Below are positions 29,265 through 40,003 of a stretch of DNA of 64,000 bases, in pieces. The DNA is taken from the NCBI GenBank assembly GCA_014874485.1, contig JADBJK010000011.1, positions 144,328-208,327 on the forward strand, written 5' to 3'. The notes under the pieces were generated by a model. It did not search any database. It was not told where the DNA came from and saw only the letters and a list, made by a program, of their open reading frames with translations. The position numbers and the translations under genes were made by a program. The DNA is from Chloroflexota bacterium. Its GTDB lineage: Bacteria > Chloroflexota > Anaerolineae > DTLA01. The stretch's first letter is position 1. Each line of letters opens with the position of its first letter.

Positions 29265-29422
29265 CACCGCGGAGACGCAAAGGACGCAGAGATTTGCTTG
29301 AATCCTCCGCGGTCTCTGCATTCTCTGCGGTGAGAATCCCTCCACCGCCCCATTCCCCGCAGCGACGCACAGGGCGCAGAGATTTGCTCTGAATCCTCCG
29401 CGGTCTCCGCGCTCTCTGCGGT
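29265..29422. repeat. Two CACCGCAGAG-family palindromic repeats
   Basis: caccgcggagacgc...ctctgcggtg units. Confidence 0.75.
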
Positions 29423-29477
29423 AAAAACCCCTCCGTTACTCAGAATGCGCTGCCATCAGCGAATGTCGGAGCCAACG

Positions 29478-30014
29478 CTAATACCAGACCTTGTCCAGGC
29501 GCACCAGGTCCTCGCCTGCAAAGGCGACGCCCTCCATCTCCAGGAGCGCGCGCTTCATGGCGAGGCCGCCGCGGTAGCCGCCCAAGTTGCCGTCGGAGCG
29601 GACGGCGCGGTGGCATGGGATGACGATGGGGAAGGGGTTGGTGGCCAGCGCCCTGCCGACCGCCCGCGCCGCCTGGGGCGCTCCCAGATGCTTGGCGATG
29701 CGCGCGTAGGTGCTCACCCAGCCGCGAGGGATGCCGAATTCGGCCAGCAGCACCTTGCGTTGAAACTCGCCGCACTGCTCCATCAACAACAGATCCAGGT
29801 CAAAAGCAACCGGTTCGCCGGCCAGATACGCCTCTATGCGGGCAGCCAGTTCCTTCAGGGGGGAAGGGGGAACGCGCTCCTCGCTCGGAAACCAGGAAGG
29901 TACCTCGTTGGGCAGGTAAATGTGGGCAACGCGAGGGCCTGCGGGCGTGTCCAGTGCGGACATGCCCAGCGCACCGAAGCGAGAGGGGATTCGGTAATGC
30001 AGGAGTTCTGCCAC
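29478..30014 (-). CDS. ogt: Methylated-DNA-protein-cysteine methyltransferase
   Basis: ARAVG, NPFPIVIPCHR. Confidence 0.93.
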   Translation of the reverse strand: MAELLHYRIPSRFGALGMSALDTPAGPRVAHIYLPNEVPSWFPSEERVPPSPLKELAARIEAYLAGEPVAFDLDLLLMEQCGEFQRKVLLAEFGIPRGWVSTYARIAKHLGAPQAARAVGRALATNPFPIVIPCHRAVRSDGNLGGYRGGLAMKRALLEMEGVAFAGEDLVRLDKVWY

Positions 30015-30115
30015 GCTTGCTCCTCCCACAAAACAGTGTACCGAAACCGCCGACGGGTGTCAAGCCTCGGCGCGGGGCTGCCTCGCGGGCTGGGGCGGCA
30101 AACGGGCCTGCGCCG

Positions 30116-33100
30116 CTACACCTTCGCCTCCACCTGGTCCAGGCGCAGGGATAGCACCCGCGACACGCTGTCGGCACCCATGGAGACGCCGTAGATGGTG
30201 CTGGCGGCCTCAATGGTCCCGCGGTTGTGGGTGATGACGATAAACTGCGTGTCGCGGGCCAGTTCCTCCAGCACGGCGCGGAACCGCCGAACGTTGGACT
30301 CGTCCAGCATGGCGTCCACCTCGTCCAGGATGCAGAACGGGGTGGGGCTGACCTTCAGGATGGCGAAGATGAGGGCCGCTGCCGTGAGGGCGCGTTCGCC
30401 ACCAGACAACAGCGCCAGGCTTTGGGTGCGCTTGCCTGGGGGCCGCGCCACGATGTCCACGCCCGACGCCATGGGGTTGTCGGGGTCGGTGAGCACCAGG
30501 CGGGCCGTGCCCCCGCCGAACAGTTGGGTGAAGTACACCGTGAACTGCTCGGCGACGGCCTCAAACGTGCGGACGAACTCATCGTTCATCATGCGGTCCA
30601 GTTCGGCGATGGCCGCCCGCAGGGATTTGTCCGCTTCCTGCAGGTCCTCGGACTGGGACGTGAGGAAGTTGTACCGCTCAAGAGTTTCGGCGTATTCGGT
30701 GGGGGCGGTGGGGTTGATGCCGCCGAGCCGCCGAATCTGCCCGCGCAGTTGCTGAATCTGCTCCTCCAGGCCATCGGGCAGGGTGTCCACTTCGGGCAGC
30801 GAACTCACGATGGGGCGGAGCGGCAGCGGGGGCTGGGCAGGCAGCCCCTCGGCGATTTCCACGTCAATGAGGCCCAGGTCGCTCTCCATCTGGCGCTTGA
30901 GGGCGGCCAGTTCGTCGCGGCGGCGTTCCATCTCCAGCAGCGCCTGGTTGTGGGCCTGTTCGGCTTCGCGCAGGGCGGCGCGTTCTTTCTGGATGCGCGC
31001 CTCCACATCCATCTGGGCGGCTTCCATCTCTTGCAGACGCGCCTCCGCAGGGCGGATGCGGGCCGCCACTTCCTCCAGTTGGGCCGCCAGCGCCTCGGAA
31101 CGGCTGCGGAGGTCGCGTTCGGCAGCCTCCAGTTCCTCGCGCTCGGACTGCAACGCCTGCATCCTGGCGCGGCGGCTCTCTATCTGCCCGTCCAGTTGCG
31201 CCAGCGATTGCTGGTGGCCGCGCACGATGGCCTTGTGGTTCTCCACGTTCTGCTCGGCCAGCGACACCGCAGCCTTGGCCTCGGCCAGCGGCACCGCCAA
31301 CGAGTCGGGCATGGCGTCCAGCGACGCCTGCAGTTGGGCCAGGCGTGCCTGGGCGTCGGCCTCGCGCTGGGCCAGTTGCGCCAGGTCGTCGCGGGCCTGG
31401 GCGTCCTTCTGCGCCAGGGCTTCCAGGTTCTGGTCCAGTTGGTGGATGAGGGCTTGCCGCCACTCGGTTTCCTGGGCCTTCTTGTCGGCCTGGCGCTGGA
31501 GCGCGGCGAGGGACGCGCGCAGTTGGGCCTCTTTCGCGGCCAGGGCGCTCATCTCCCGCTCGGCCTGGGCCAGTTCATCCCGTGCAGTCTGTTCCGCTTC
31601 AGCAGCGGAATGGAGGGCTGCCTGGAGCGCCTCGCGCCGCTGGGCCAGGTCGCGCAGGAGCGCCTCGTGCTCGGCCCGCTCGCGCTGGCGGGACAGCAGC
31701 CCAGGCGACTTGCGGGTTTCGGCCCCGCCCGTGATCGCGCCCGTGGAGCGGATGAGTTCGCCGTCCAGCGTTACAATCTGGAACGCGCCGCGCATCTGGC
31801 GATACAGTTCGCGGGCGGCCTTCATGTCCTTCGCCACGACCGTGTGGCCCAGGAGCAAATCCAGCACAGGGGCCAGGCGCTTGGGAGCCTGCACCAGGCG
31901 CGACGCAACGCCCAAAACGCCCTGCACATCTGGCGGGTTCACGGGCGAGGGCGGCCGCAGCGTCTCCAGGGGGAGGAACGTGGCGCGGCCCGCCGACTCG
32001 CGCCGCAGGTACTGGATGGCCTGCTCGGCGTCGGCCCAGGTCTCGGTGATGATGTCCTGGAGGTGCGCGCCCAGGGCCGTCTCCACGGCCTTCTCCAACT
32101 CGGGCGGCGTCTGAATCTGGTCAGCGACGACGCCGAGCGTGCCCCGCAGTCGGCCCTCGCGTGCGGCGGCCAGGACGGCCCTGGTGCCTGCGTACAGGCC
32201 CGTGCCCTCTTCCTGCATGCGGCGGAGCATGTCCAGTCGCGTCTGGACGGTGGCGGCCTCTTCGCGGACGCGGGACATCTCCTGCTCGGCCTGGCGCGCC
32301 TGGGCCTGGGCGGCCTGGATGCGCTGCCGCGCCTGGTCCAGGGCCTCGCGCAGTCGTGCGGCCTCGCGCTCGCACTCGGACAGCGACTGCTGAAGCGCCT
32401 GCTGCTGTGCGCGTAACTGGCTCAACTCGTCCCGCTGGGCGGCGATGGCCGATTCGTGCTGCGCCTTCTCGGCGAGTTGCTCTTTGCGCCGCTCGGCGAG
32501 TTGGGCGAGGCGGTTGCGGCGGTCGGCGGCCTGGGTCGCAATTTCAAACAGTTCGTTCTGCAGTGCCGTAATGCGGGACAGGATTTCCTGCCGCGCGCGC
32601 TGCTGGGACTGGTATTCCGCCTCCACCTGGCGCAGGCCAGCGATGGCCTGTTCCCACTGGGCCACGAGGCCCTGAAGGTGCGACTCTGCCGCCTGGAGGC
32701 GCTCGGCCTGGGCCGCCCGACTGGCCTTCAGAGGCTCCATCTCCTCTTGCGCTTCGGCGAGGAGACGCCCCACGAGGCGCAGGCGCTCCTGGCGCACGGC
32801 CCAGTCCCGCTGGACGGTCTCGGCGCGGGTGTGGAGGTCGGCGCTTTCCCGATGCCATTCGGCCAGTTGCTGGCGCAGGGTGTTCTGCTCGGCGCGGGCG
32901 GATGCGGCCTGCGATTCCAGGCGTTCCAGCCGCGCCTGCGCCTGCTGGAGTTGCTGGCGTGCCTGGTTCAGCGCCTCGCGGGCCTGCTGCAGGGCGCGGC
33001 TTCCCTTCCGCCAGCGGTAGCCGTACCAGACGCGCAGCAGGTCTTCCAGTTCGCGGTTCAGCGCATGGTACACCTCGGCCTGCTGGGCCTGGCGGCGCAA

Positions 33101-33712
33101 CGTCTTCAGGCGCGGCTCAATTTCGGCCAGGATGTCGCGCACGCGCACCAGGTTCTGCTCGGTGGCCTCCAGTTTGGCGAGGGACGCATCGCGCTTGGAC
33201 TGGTACAGCGTGATGTTGGCCGCCTCCTCAAACAGCGTCCGCCGCTCTTCGGGGCGGAGCGAGAGGGCCGCGTCTATGTGCCCCTGGCCGATGACGATGG
33301 AGTTGCGCTTGGTCAGGCCGCTCTTGGCGAGGAGTTCCGTTACGTCGCGCAGGCGCACGCGGCTGCCGTTGATGGTGTACTCGTTCTCGCCCGAGCGATA
33401 GGCGCGGTGGGTGATGGTAACTTCGGCGAAGTCCAGGGGAAGCCAGCCGTCGGAGTTATCCAGCGTGATGCTGACCTGGGCCATGCCCACGCGGGCGCGC
33501 TGGGAACTCCCGTGGAAGATCATGTCCTCGGTGCGCTTGGCGCGGAGGAGGCGATAGGACTGCTCGCCGAGAACCCAGCGCACGGCGTCGGCGATGTTGC
33601 TCTTGCCGCTGCCGTTGGGGCCGACGATGGCCGTGATGCCATCGTTGAAGACGAACTCGGTCTTGGTCGCGAATGTCTTGTATCCCTGGAGTTCCAGTCG
33701 TTTGAGACGCAA
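30116..33712 (-). CDS. smc: Chromosome segregation protein SMC
   Basis: GPNGSGKSN, hinge [23 protein letters not shown] start. Confidence 0.97.
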   Translation of the reverse strand: MRLKRLELQGYKTFATKTEFVFNDGITAIVGPNGSGKSNIADAVRWVLGEQSYRLLRAKRTEDMIFHGSSQRARVGMAQVSITLDNSDGWLPLDFAEVTITHRAYRSGENEYTINGSRVRLRDVTELLAKSGLTKRNSIVIGQGHIDAALSLRPEERRTLFEEAANITLYQSKRDASLAKLEATEQNLVRVRDILAEIEPRLKTLRRQAQQAEVYHALNRELEDLLRVWYGYRWRKGSRALQQAREALNQARQQLQQAQARLERLESQAASARAEQNTLRQQLAEWHRESADLHTRAETVQRDWAVRQERLRLVGRLLAEAQEEMEPLKASRAAQAERLQAAESHLQGLVAQWEQAIAGLRQVEAEYQSQQRARQEILSRITALQNELFEIATQAADRRNRLAQLAERRKEQLAEKAQHESAIAAQRDELSQLRAQQQALQQSLSECEREAARLREALDQARQRIQAAQAQARQAEQEMSRVREEAATVQTRLDMLRRMQEEGTGLYAGTRAVLAAAREGRLRGTLGVVADQIQTPPELEKAVETALGAHLQDIITETWADAEQAIQYLRRESAGRATFLPLETLRPPSPVNPPDVQGVLGVASRLVQAPKRLAPVLDLLLGHTVVAKDMKAARELYRQMRGAFQIVTLDGELIRSTGAITGGAETRKSPGLLSRQRERAEHEALLRDLAQRREALQAALHSAAEAEQTARDELAQAEREMSALAAKEAQLRASLAALQRQADKKAQETEWRQALIHQLDQNLEALAQKDAQARDDLAQLAQREADAQARLAQLQASLDAMPDSLAVPLAEAKAAVSLAEQNVENHKAIVRGHQQSLAQLDGQIESRRARMQALQSEREELEAAERDLRSRSEALAAQLEEVAARIRPAEARLQEMEAAQMDVEARIQKERAALREAEQAHNQALLEMERRRDELAALKRQMESDLGLIDVEIAEGLPAQPPLPLRPIVSSLPEVDTLPDGLEEQIQQLRGQIRRLGGINPTAPTEYAETLERYNFLTSQSEDLQEADKSLRAAIAELDRMMNDEFVRTFEAVAEQFTVYFTQLFGGGTARLVLTDPDNPMASGVDIVARPPGKRTQSLALLSGGERALTAAALIFAILKVSPTPFCILDEVDAMLDESNVRRFRAVLEELARDTQFIVITHNRGTIEAASTIYGVSMGADSVSRVLSLRLDQVEAKV

Positions 33713-33833
33713 TCTGCCCTCCGCAAATGCCAGGCGGGTTGTCTGGGACGCGCTCACCAGGCGACGGACGAGGCGAAATGGCGTTCCCGAAGCCCATCGC
33801 GCAACGTGAGGAGGCACTTACCCATCGTGTGCA

Positions 33834-33862
33834 AGTATACGTGCGCGGGGGTCGGTTGTCAA
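33834..33862 (-). promoter_or_regulatory. Sigma70 promoter of smc
   Basis: TTGACA-17-TATACT. Confidence 0.8.
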
Positions 33863-34012
33863 CGCGGACTACACCATGGGGGCATTTCGGTCTTGGGCGA
33901 GAATGACCGAACGCCGTTGGGTTGGCGGCGAATCTGCCTCGCCAACCCCGCGGCGCAGTCGGGAACGGGGCGCGCAGGACAAGCGCCCCACCGTGCAACC
34001 CGCGGTGCCCGA

Positions 34013-35011
34013 TCAGGGGCGCTTGGCCTGTGAGCCCGCTACCTTGCGCTCGCAGCCGCTCAGCAGCCACTCCAGCGCATCGGGGGTGCCGACCCACGCT
34101 TCCCAGGCCATATACAGATACTCCATTGCCTCGGTTTCGCCGCCGGACGCTATCAGAATCGGAAGGCGCTTGGGCGGCCGCTTCAGCCCGAACAAGTACA
34201 ACGGTACATAGGGGTTTGCCTCCAGCGCCTTGTCCAGGGCGCGGTAGGCCCTGGGCGTGGCGCCAGATTTGCGGAACAGAAGAAGCGCACGATGGTAGGC
34301 CCAGTAAGCCGACTCGTCTTCGGGATACTGATCCAGCAACTTCTCCGCCGCCGCGTCATCCCCCGTCGCCAACAGCCAGGCGACGAGATTGTAGCGGAGT
34401 CCCAGATGGTCGCCGGGATTCAAGCGGAGCAAGTCCCGAAGATGATCTATGGCTTCCTGCCGCTTCCCCATCACCCACAAGGTCTCGGCGAGGCCAGAGC
34501 GCGCCCGCATGTAGGGGCGGGTCTCCAAAATCTCCCAGAAATGCCCTACTTCCTCCTGGAACATGCTGCCTCCAAGTGCCCGTTCCCCGGCCCTCACTCC
34601 TTGCTCAAACAGGTCATGGGCTTCCTGTAGGCTGCGCGAGGTCTCCTCCGCGAGGAGCACATAGGCATCGGCGCAGTCGGGCGAGATTTCCAGGGCCTCG
34701 CGCGCCAGTCTGGCACGCTTGGGACCCTGTGCGGCCCATGCGTCGTACATGACATCCTGCGCCTGCTCCAGCGGTGTTCGCGGGGGAACGTAGGGAAAGC
34801 CCCCATGTGCCATGAGTTCCTCAACGATATCCTGCGCTTCCTCCATGGTCGCGGGCGCCCTTTCCTCCAGTGCGCGGGTGATGTGCACCAGGGTCCGCTC
34901 TGCAGCGCGCGGATCAATTACCGAATCGGAATCGCGGCGCGCGGATGTCTTAGGTTTCTCCTTCTTTGATGCCAGTTGCGGCCGTGCCCTCTTTTTCCGT
35001 GGTTCGCTCAT
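34013..35011 (-). CDS. TPR-like helical repeat protein
   Basis: ALEISPDCADAYVLLAEE, GHFWEILETRPYMRAR, LLRLNPGDHLGLRY. Confidence 0.75.
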   Translation of the reverse strand: MSEPRKKRARPQLASKKEKPKTSARRDSDSVIDPRAAERTLVHITRALEERAPATMEEAQDIVEELMAHGGFPYVPPRTPLEQAQDVMYDAWAAQGPKRARLAREALEISPDCADAYVLLAEETSRSLQEAHDLFEQGVRAGERALGGSMFQEEVGHFWEILETRPYMRARSGLAETLWVMGKRQEAIDHLRDLLRLNPGDHLGLRYNLVAWLLATGDDAAAEKLLDQYPEDESAYWAYHRALLLFRKSGATPRAYRALDKALEANPYVPLYLFGLKRPPKRLPILIASGGETEAMEYLYMAWEAWVGTPDALEWLLSGCERKVAGSQAKRP

Positions 35012-35067
35012 CTCTTACCTCCTCACCTCCTTGAAACCTTTGACCTCACCTTCGTCCTACCCGTGCC

Positions 35068-35880
35068 CTACACCGTGCCGGCGAGGGCCACCATCGCCCG
35101 GAAGGTCCGGTAGGCCGACTCCATGTCCGGGGCGGCGAATTCCAGCGTCAGCCCGTCCACGCGGCGGCTCCCGGGAATCAGCGCGGCCATGTCGGCCTGG
35201 GCGGGGCGCTGAAACACGGCGCGCACCTCCACGGGCGTCGCCACGACGAACGGCTGCACGCGCTTGCGGACGGCGCGCTGGGCGGCCTCGCGTATCCGCC
35301 GGTGCGCCACCTCGGGGTGCAAACAGCGCGCCGCCTTCCAGCCCACGCCCTCCTTGACGGCGACCGTTTCCACGTCGCCCAGCAGGGCGCGGGCCTCGTC
35401 GGTTACGGCGCGGTCTCCGGTTACCAGCACCACCGGCACGCCGTAGGCTCCGGCCACCGCTGCGTTCAGCCCGGTCTCGCCCACGGCCTGCCCGTTCAGG
35501 CGCACCTCGGTAACGATGCTGCCCGCGTAGGTGTGGGCCAGCACGCCCCCGCCCGTACCCATGCGCGAGTGGTAGCCCACGAAGAAGACCGCGTCCACGT
35601 CCGGGCCGATGCCCTCCATCATGCTCAGGGGCTTGGGGCTTCCGGAGATGAGTTCGGCGGCTGGGTTCAGTTCCTCCAGCAGGATGTTGGCCATCCCACC
35701 GTGGCTATCGTTGACCACGACGCGGGTGGCTCCGCCTGCCAGCGCGCCCTCAATGGCGGCGTTGGCCTCGGCGGTCATCAGTTTGCGGAAGCGGTCATAC
35801 TCCTTGTGGCTGGCGGTAACGTGGTCGGTGGTAACCACGCCCGAAATGCCCTCCATGTCCACAGAAATCAAAATGTGCAT
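35068..35880 (-). CDS. dppA: D-aminopeptidase, M55 (DppA) family
   Basis: ISVDMEG, NDSHG, GYH, LAHT, VGETG. Confidence 0.93.
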   Translation of the reverse strand: MHILISVDMEGISGVVTTDHVTASHKEYDRFRKLMTAEANAAIEGALAGGATRVVVNDSHGGMANILLEELNPAAELISGSPKPLSMMEGIGPDVDAVFFVGYHSRMGTGGGVLAHTYAGSIVTEVRLNGQAVGETGLNAAVAGAYGVPVVLVTGDRAVTDEARALLGDVETVAVKEGVGWKAARCLHPEVAHRRIREAAQRAVRKRVQPFVVATPVEVRAVFQRPAQADMAALIPGSRRVDGLTLEFAAPDMESAYRTFRAMVALAGTV

Positions 35881-35904
35881 CGTAGCATCTCCTCAATGCG
35901 GATG

Positions 35905-36046
35905 TCCTGTCATTGCGAGGAGCACAGCGACGAAGCAATATCGGTAGACCGTTATTCTGGAGCGCGGGGCGCTGAAGAATCTCGTCAACCGAGAGGCTTC
36001 GCTTCGCTCGCAATAAGATTACGGACAATTCCCCCTGCGGTCAAAT
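35905..36046. repeat. Degenerate copy of the TGTCATTGCGAG MITE-like element
   Basis: Internal palindrome and terminus CGGACAATTCCCCCTGCGGTCAA. Confidence 0.65.
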
Positions 36047-36151
36047 ACACCGCTGCCATTCGGTTGCGATGCGCCTCGCAGGTGCGTCGCAATTGGATAC
36101 CCTGCCTCTGACAGTGCCCATCCAACGTCGGAGCAAGGCTCTGCGGCCCGC

Positions 36152-36652
36152 CTACGCCGTCGGCCCATCGGCGGGGCCTTCGGTAGTGGGCTTGGCCGTG
36201 AGGACTTTGCCCTCCGGCGTTACCACGTGGACTTCTGCGCCGGTGCCTTTGGCCACCGACTCGGCGAAGTGGAGCACCTCTTCGGGCGTGAACACGCGAT
36301 GGCGGGTTGGCGGCCCCGACGCGCCCAGCACCAGTGTGCTCGCGTGCGTCTGCACCAGGTAGTCGTGGATCGTCTCGCGCACGCGGCCGCACAGAACGAC
36401 GGGTTGCGCGTTGATTCCTCGGCGAGCGGCCCGCCTTTGGGCAACGGAAAGGAGGGATTGTCCCAGGCGCACCAACTCATCCCGCACGGCGTCCAGCAGG
36501 GGGGCCTTCAGGGAGCCCGCGAACTCGCAGTCGGCGACGTACAGGAAGACAAGCGCGGCCCCTCGCTCCTTTGCCAGTGCGATGGCATGTTCCTGCGTGC
36601 TTCGGCTCGCCTCACCGCCTCGGGTGGCACAGACAATCGGCCCAGGGTTCAT
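36152..36652 (-). CDS. Universal stress protein
   Basis: IVCATRGG, LVFLYV, LVLG; ATGA-coupled to the antiporter. Confidence 0.85.
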   Translation of the reverse strand: MNPGPIVCATRGGEASRSTQEHAIALAKERGAALVFLYVADCEFAGSLKAPLLDAVRDELVRLGQSLLSVAQRRAARRGINAQPVVLCGRVRETIHDYLVQTHASTLVLGASGPPTRHRVFTPEEVLHFAESVAKGTGAEVHVVTPEGKVLTAKPTTEGPADGPTA

Positions 36653-38220
36653 GACTCCTCCGCACCGCGCTCGTGCTCTTGAATCAGGCGGACCGCTTCC
36701 AGATGGTAATCCGCATCCCTCCGCAACTCATCGTACGTTGGCTCGGAGATGAGACCGCGCCTAAGGGCATCCTCCAGTGCCGCCCTCTCGGCCAGCAGGA
36801 TTTCCCGACGAGTCTGAAGTAGCATATCCCGCTCCAACTCCGCATGGGTGCGAAACAGGCGGCCTATCTCGCTCATGATCTGTTCTTTCTGCGCGCGGAA
36901 ATTGGATTGGAGGCCAGACCACATGTCCTCGGACAGAAGCCCTTCCTCCCGCAGTTGTGCCAGCCGCCTGAGGCCCGCCTGCAGGGCGAAGGACTGACCG
37001 ACGCGCCGCTCAAATTCCAGTTGGTGCTCGGACCTGTCGGTGATGCCCAGTGCCCGGATGAGGAACTGGATGGTCGTGCCCTGGGCCAGGAGCGTGAACA
37101 ACAGGACGCCGAAGGTCATCACCTGGAGCGTGCCGCGCGCGGCCAGGGTCAGGGGCAGGCTCAACGCCAGCGCAAGGCTGATGGCCCCCCTCAGCCCGCC
37201 CCAGAACAGGATGTGTCGCCACTGGAACGGGATGCGCGTGCCTCTGGACGCCACATCCGCCAGCCAGGAAAGCCCGTACACCACGACGGCCCGACTCAAC
37301 AGGACTGCTGCCACGGCAACGGCGATTGGCCTCGCGTTCGCCACAAGTTCGGAGATGTGGACGTTCAGCCCGATGAGCAGGAAGACGAGCGAGTTGGACA
37401 GAAACGCCAGGAACTCCCACAGGCTGAACAGCATGATGCGCGTGGTCGGCGACGCGCCCCGCAGGCCGACGTTGCCGCTGTACATCCCCGCCGCGACGAC
37501 TGCCAGCACGCCGCTCACCTGCAGCCGCTCCGCCGCCAGGTAGGCCCCGTAAGCCAGCAGGGCCGTTAGGGTGGTCTCTATGAGGCGGTCATCTATCCGC
37601 GCCATCAATTGCGCGACGAGCCAGCCCAGGGCAAACCCGATGGCCAGCCCCCCGATGGCAACCTCAAGGAATCGGAACACGCTTTCTACAAGTCGGAACT
37701 CACCCGAGACTGCGGCAAGCAGGGCAATCTGAAACACAACGATGGCCGTCCCGTCGTTGAACAGGCTTTCGCCCTCCACGGCCACGCCCAGGCGCTCGGG
37801 CACTCCCAGAGCGCGGAACAACGACACAACGGCAACAGGGTCGGTGGCGGAGATGAGCGCGCCGAAGACGACCGCAGGCCCCACGGGAAGGCCCGCGCCC
37901 AGCGCCACCACGCCCCCCACGAGGACGGCCGTAACGATCACCCCCGGGACGGCCAGGAATACGATGCTCGCCAGGCTGCTGCGCAGCATGCGAAAATCCA
38001 GGCGAAACGCGGCCTCAAATACCAGCGGCGGCACAAAGATGGCGAGAATCAACTCCGGCGTTACTTCTGCCCTCACGGGCCGCCAGGCGGCGATGAGCAG
38101 GCCCACCAGCACCAGGCTCACCGTGTAGGGCAGCCGCACGCGACGGATCATGATGGCAACCACCGTCGCCACCAGCATCAGGACAACGATGATGATCTCT
38201 GCGGAGATGAGTGAACTCAT
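36649..38220 (-). CDS. CPA1 (NhaP-type) Na+/H+ antiporter
   Basis: SATDPVAV, EGESLFNDG, WGGLRG. Confidence 0.93.
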   Translation of the reverse strand: MSSLISAEIIIVVLMLVATVVAIMIRRVRLPYTVSLVLVGLLIAAWRPVRAEVTPELILAIFVPPLVFEAAFRLDFRMLRSSLASIVFLAVPGVIVTAVLVGGVVALGAGLPVGPAVVFGALISATDPVAVVSLFRALGVPERLGVAVEGESLFNDGTAIVVFQIALLAAVSGEFRLVESVFRFLEVAIGGLAIGFALGWLVAQLMARIDDRLIETTLTALLAYGAYLAAERLQVSGVLAVVAAGMYSGNVGLRGASPTTRIMLFSLWEFLAFLSNSLVFLLIGLNVHISELVANARPIAVAVAAVLLSRAVVVYGLSWLADVASRGTRIPFQWRHILFWGGLRGAISLALALSLPLTLAARGTLQVMTFGVLLFTLLAQGTTIQFLIRALGITDRSEHQLEFERRVGQSFALQAGLRRLAQLREEGLLSEDMWSGLQSNFRAQKEQIMSEIGRLFRTHAELERDMLLQTRREILLAERAALEDALRRGLISEPTYDELRRDADYHLEAVRLIQEHERGAEES

Positions 38221-38485
38221 GGGGCCGCATCCATCCTTCAGGTGATGAGGTTATACTACCCGATGCCCGCGCCGTCAAGCGGAGAACAGCGGTTGGGGGA
38301 ATGTCCCGCTTCTCCCCAACCCCCTCGGTAGTTCCCCACACGGCGCATGAGGGCTTCCCCCCATCGCACGATGGACACAAGACCCGATAGCCTTCCGCAA
38401 ACGGATGCCGTATGCTTTAGGTGGAAGAACGGAGAGGCGTCGGCAGTTCGGCGCCCACATGGAACCGTGAACGAGGAGGTCGGCG

Positions 38486-38833
38486 ATGGAATCGGTACTT
38501 GCGGTAATCGGGCTGTTTGTGTTGCGCATTGGGGTGCCCATTGTGGTGATGGTGCTGCTGTCGTGGGGCGTGAGCGTGTACGTGCAGCGCGAGGAAGCGC
38601 GGGCACTGGAGGCCGAGAAGCGCGCCGCCCTTGCCCAGGCGGCAGCGGCGGCTGCCCCGTCGGCCTGCTGGGATGTGAAGGGGTGCAGCGACGAGGCGAA
38701 GGCCGATTGCCCCGCGGTGAAGCGGCCTGACCTGCCCTGCTGGCTTGCCAAGCAACTGGCCACCGGCAGGCTCTCCCCCGCGTGCGAGGCCTGCGCCATG
38801 TACCAGAAGAGCCTTGCCACGGCCCGGGCTTGA
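38486..38833 (+). CDS. Small membrane protein with Cys-rich CW-repeat domain
   Basis: TM helix then CW..KGC..CPA..PCW..C..C; GAGGAGG RBS. Confidence 0.8.
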   Translation: MESVLAVIGLFVLRIGVPIVVMVLLSWGVSVYVQREEARALEAEKRAALAQAAAAAAPSACWDVKGCSDEAKADCPAVKRPDLPCWLAKQLATGRLSPACEACAMYQKSLATARA

Positions 38834-38880
38834 CCCGCCCACGCCCAGGCAACGGCTTGAACGAACGGAGGTGAAGGAAG

Positions 38881-39003
38881 ATGGCTACCGTGATGGATGA
38901 TCTGATCCTTGTGGGGATGATGGTCGTGCGGCTTGGCGTTCCCATCCTGATGATGGCGCTGTTGTCCGCGCTGCTGAATCGTTTGGTCCGCTCATCGGCG
39001 TAA
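38881..39003 (+). CDS. 40-aa membrane microprotein, paralogous to the TM part of the upstream gene
   Basis: MATVMDDLILVGMMVVRLGVPILMMALLSALLNRLVRSSA; GGAGG RBS. Confidence 0.7.
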   Translation: MATVMDDLILVGMMVVRLGVPILMMALLSALLNRLVRSSA

Positions 39004-39076
39004 CCCGGCGCCGCGCCGTGAGCCTTTGCGCGGCAAAGGTTGCAATGCTCTACAATCTTGTACATGGAGGAATCGC

Positions 39077-40003
39077 ATGACAAACCGCTGTCATTCACAG
39101 CGCAGCCGAACCTTTGCGCACGGGTTGGTCATCGGCTGCATTCTCGCCCTGGTTGTCCTGATGGCATTCTCATCGGCAGCGCTGGCGCAGGGGCCTGCCC
39201 CGACGTACAAGGGGCCGGACCAGTGTGCCGCCTGCCATTCGGCCGAGGCGCGGGCCTGGCAGAACTCCACCCACGCAAAGGCCACGTCCGCGGTCCCGCC
39301 GGATGCCGACCGCGCCTGCCTGCGGTGCCACACCACCGCGTTTGACGCGGAGGAAGGCACGTGCGCGTACAAGGACGTGGAGTGCGAAGCCTGCCACGGG
39401 CCATATGTGGAAGGCCACCCGCGCAGCACCGTGATGAAACTGCCGGCCGACTCCACCGCGTGCCAGGAGTGCCACGCCAAGACCTACGAGCAGTGGCAGG
39501 CGACGCCCCACGCCGCGCTCAACGTTCAGTGCATCGGCTGCCACGACGCCCATTCGCAGAGTCTGCGGCTGCCCGCCGACCAACTGTGCACGTCGTGCCA
39601 CAGGGCCAAACTGGACTCGTTCCCTCACAGCGAGCACAACAGCCTGGGCATTGAGTGCACGGTCTGCCACGTGCCCCTGGACCACTCGGGCCAGGCCGGG
39701 GCGGTGCTGGCGAGCACCGGCGGGGGCAACGCGCCCAATCATACCTTTGCGCCGCCTGCCGAAGCGTGCGTCGGCTGCCATGCACAGGGCACCGTGCCCA
39801 TGACCGCTGGCGAAACCCAGCCCGATCCTGCGAAGGTGTTGGCCGACCAACTGGAGGCTGCGGAGCGCGAGAACACTTCCCTGCGCAACCTGGCCATCGT
39901 AACCCTGGGCGTGGGCCTGGGCATCGGCGGTGTGCTGGGTGTCGTGGCCATCCTGCTCATCGGATACATCGCGCAGAGGAGGGGCAAGCCATGGACGATC
40001 TAG
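39077..40003 (+). CDS. Octaheme cytochrome c, C-terminally membrane anchored
   Basis: Eight CxxCH motifs, signal peptide, C-terminal TM helix. Confidence 0.9.
   Translation: MTNRCHSQRSRTFAHGLVIGCILALVVLMAFSSAALAQGPAPTYKGPDQCAACHSAEARAWQNSTHAKATSAVPPDADRACLRCHTTAFDAEEGTCAYKDVECEACHGPYVEGHPRSTVMKLPADSTACQECHAKTYEQWQATPHAALNVQCIGCHDAHSQSLRLPADQLCTSCHRAKLDSFPHSEHNSLGIECTVCHVPLDHSGQAGAVLASTGGGNAPNHTFAPPAEACVGCHAQGTVPMTAGETQPDPAKVLADQLEAAERENTSLRNLAIVTLGVGLGIGGVLGVVAILLIGYIAQRRGKPWTI

Noticed and set aside
30116..35011. Wadjet/SMC-type defence system
   Set aside because: The SMC is the canonical hinge-containing condensin with its own promoter, and there are no jet/mks partners.
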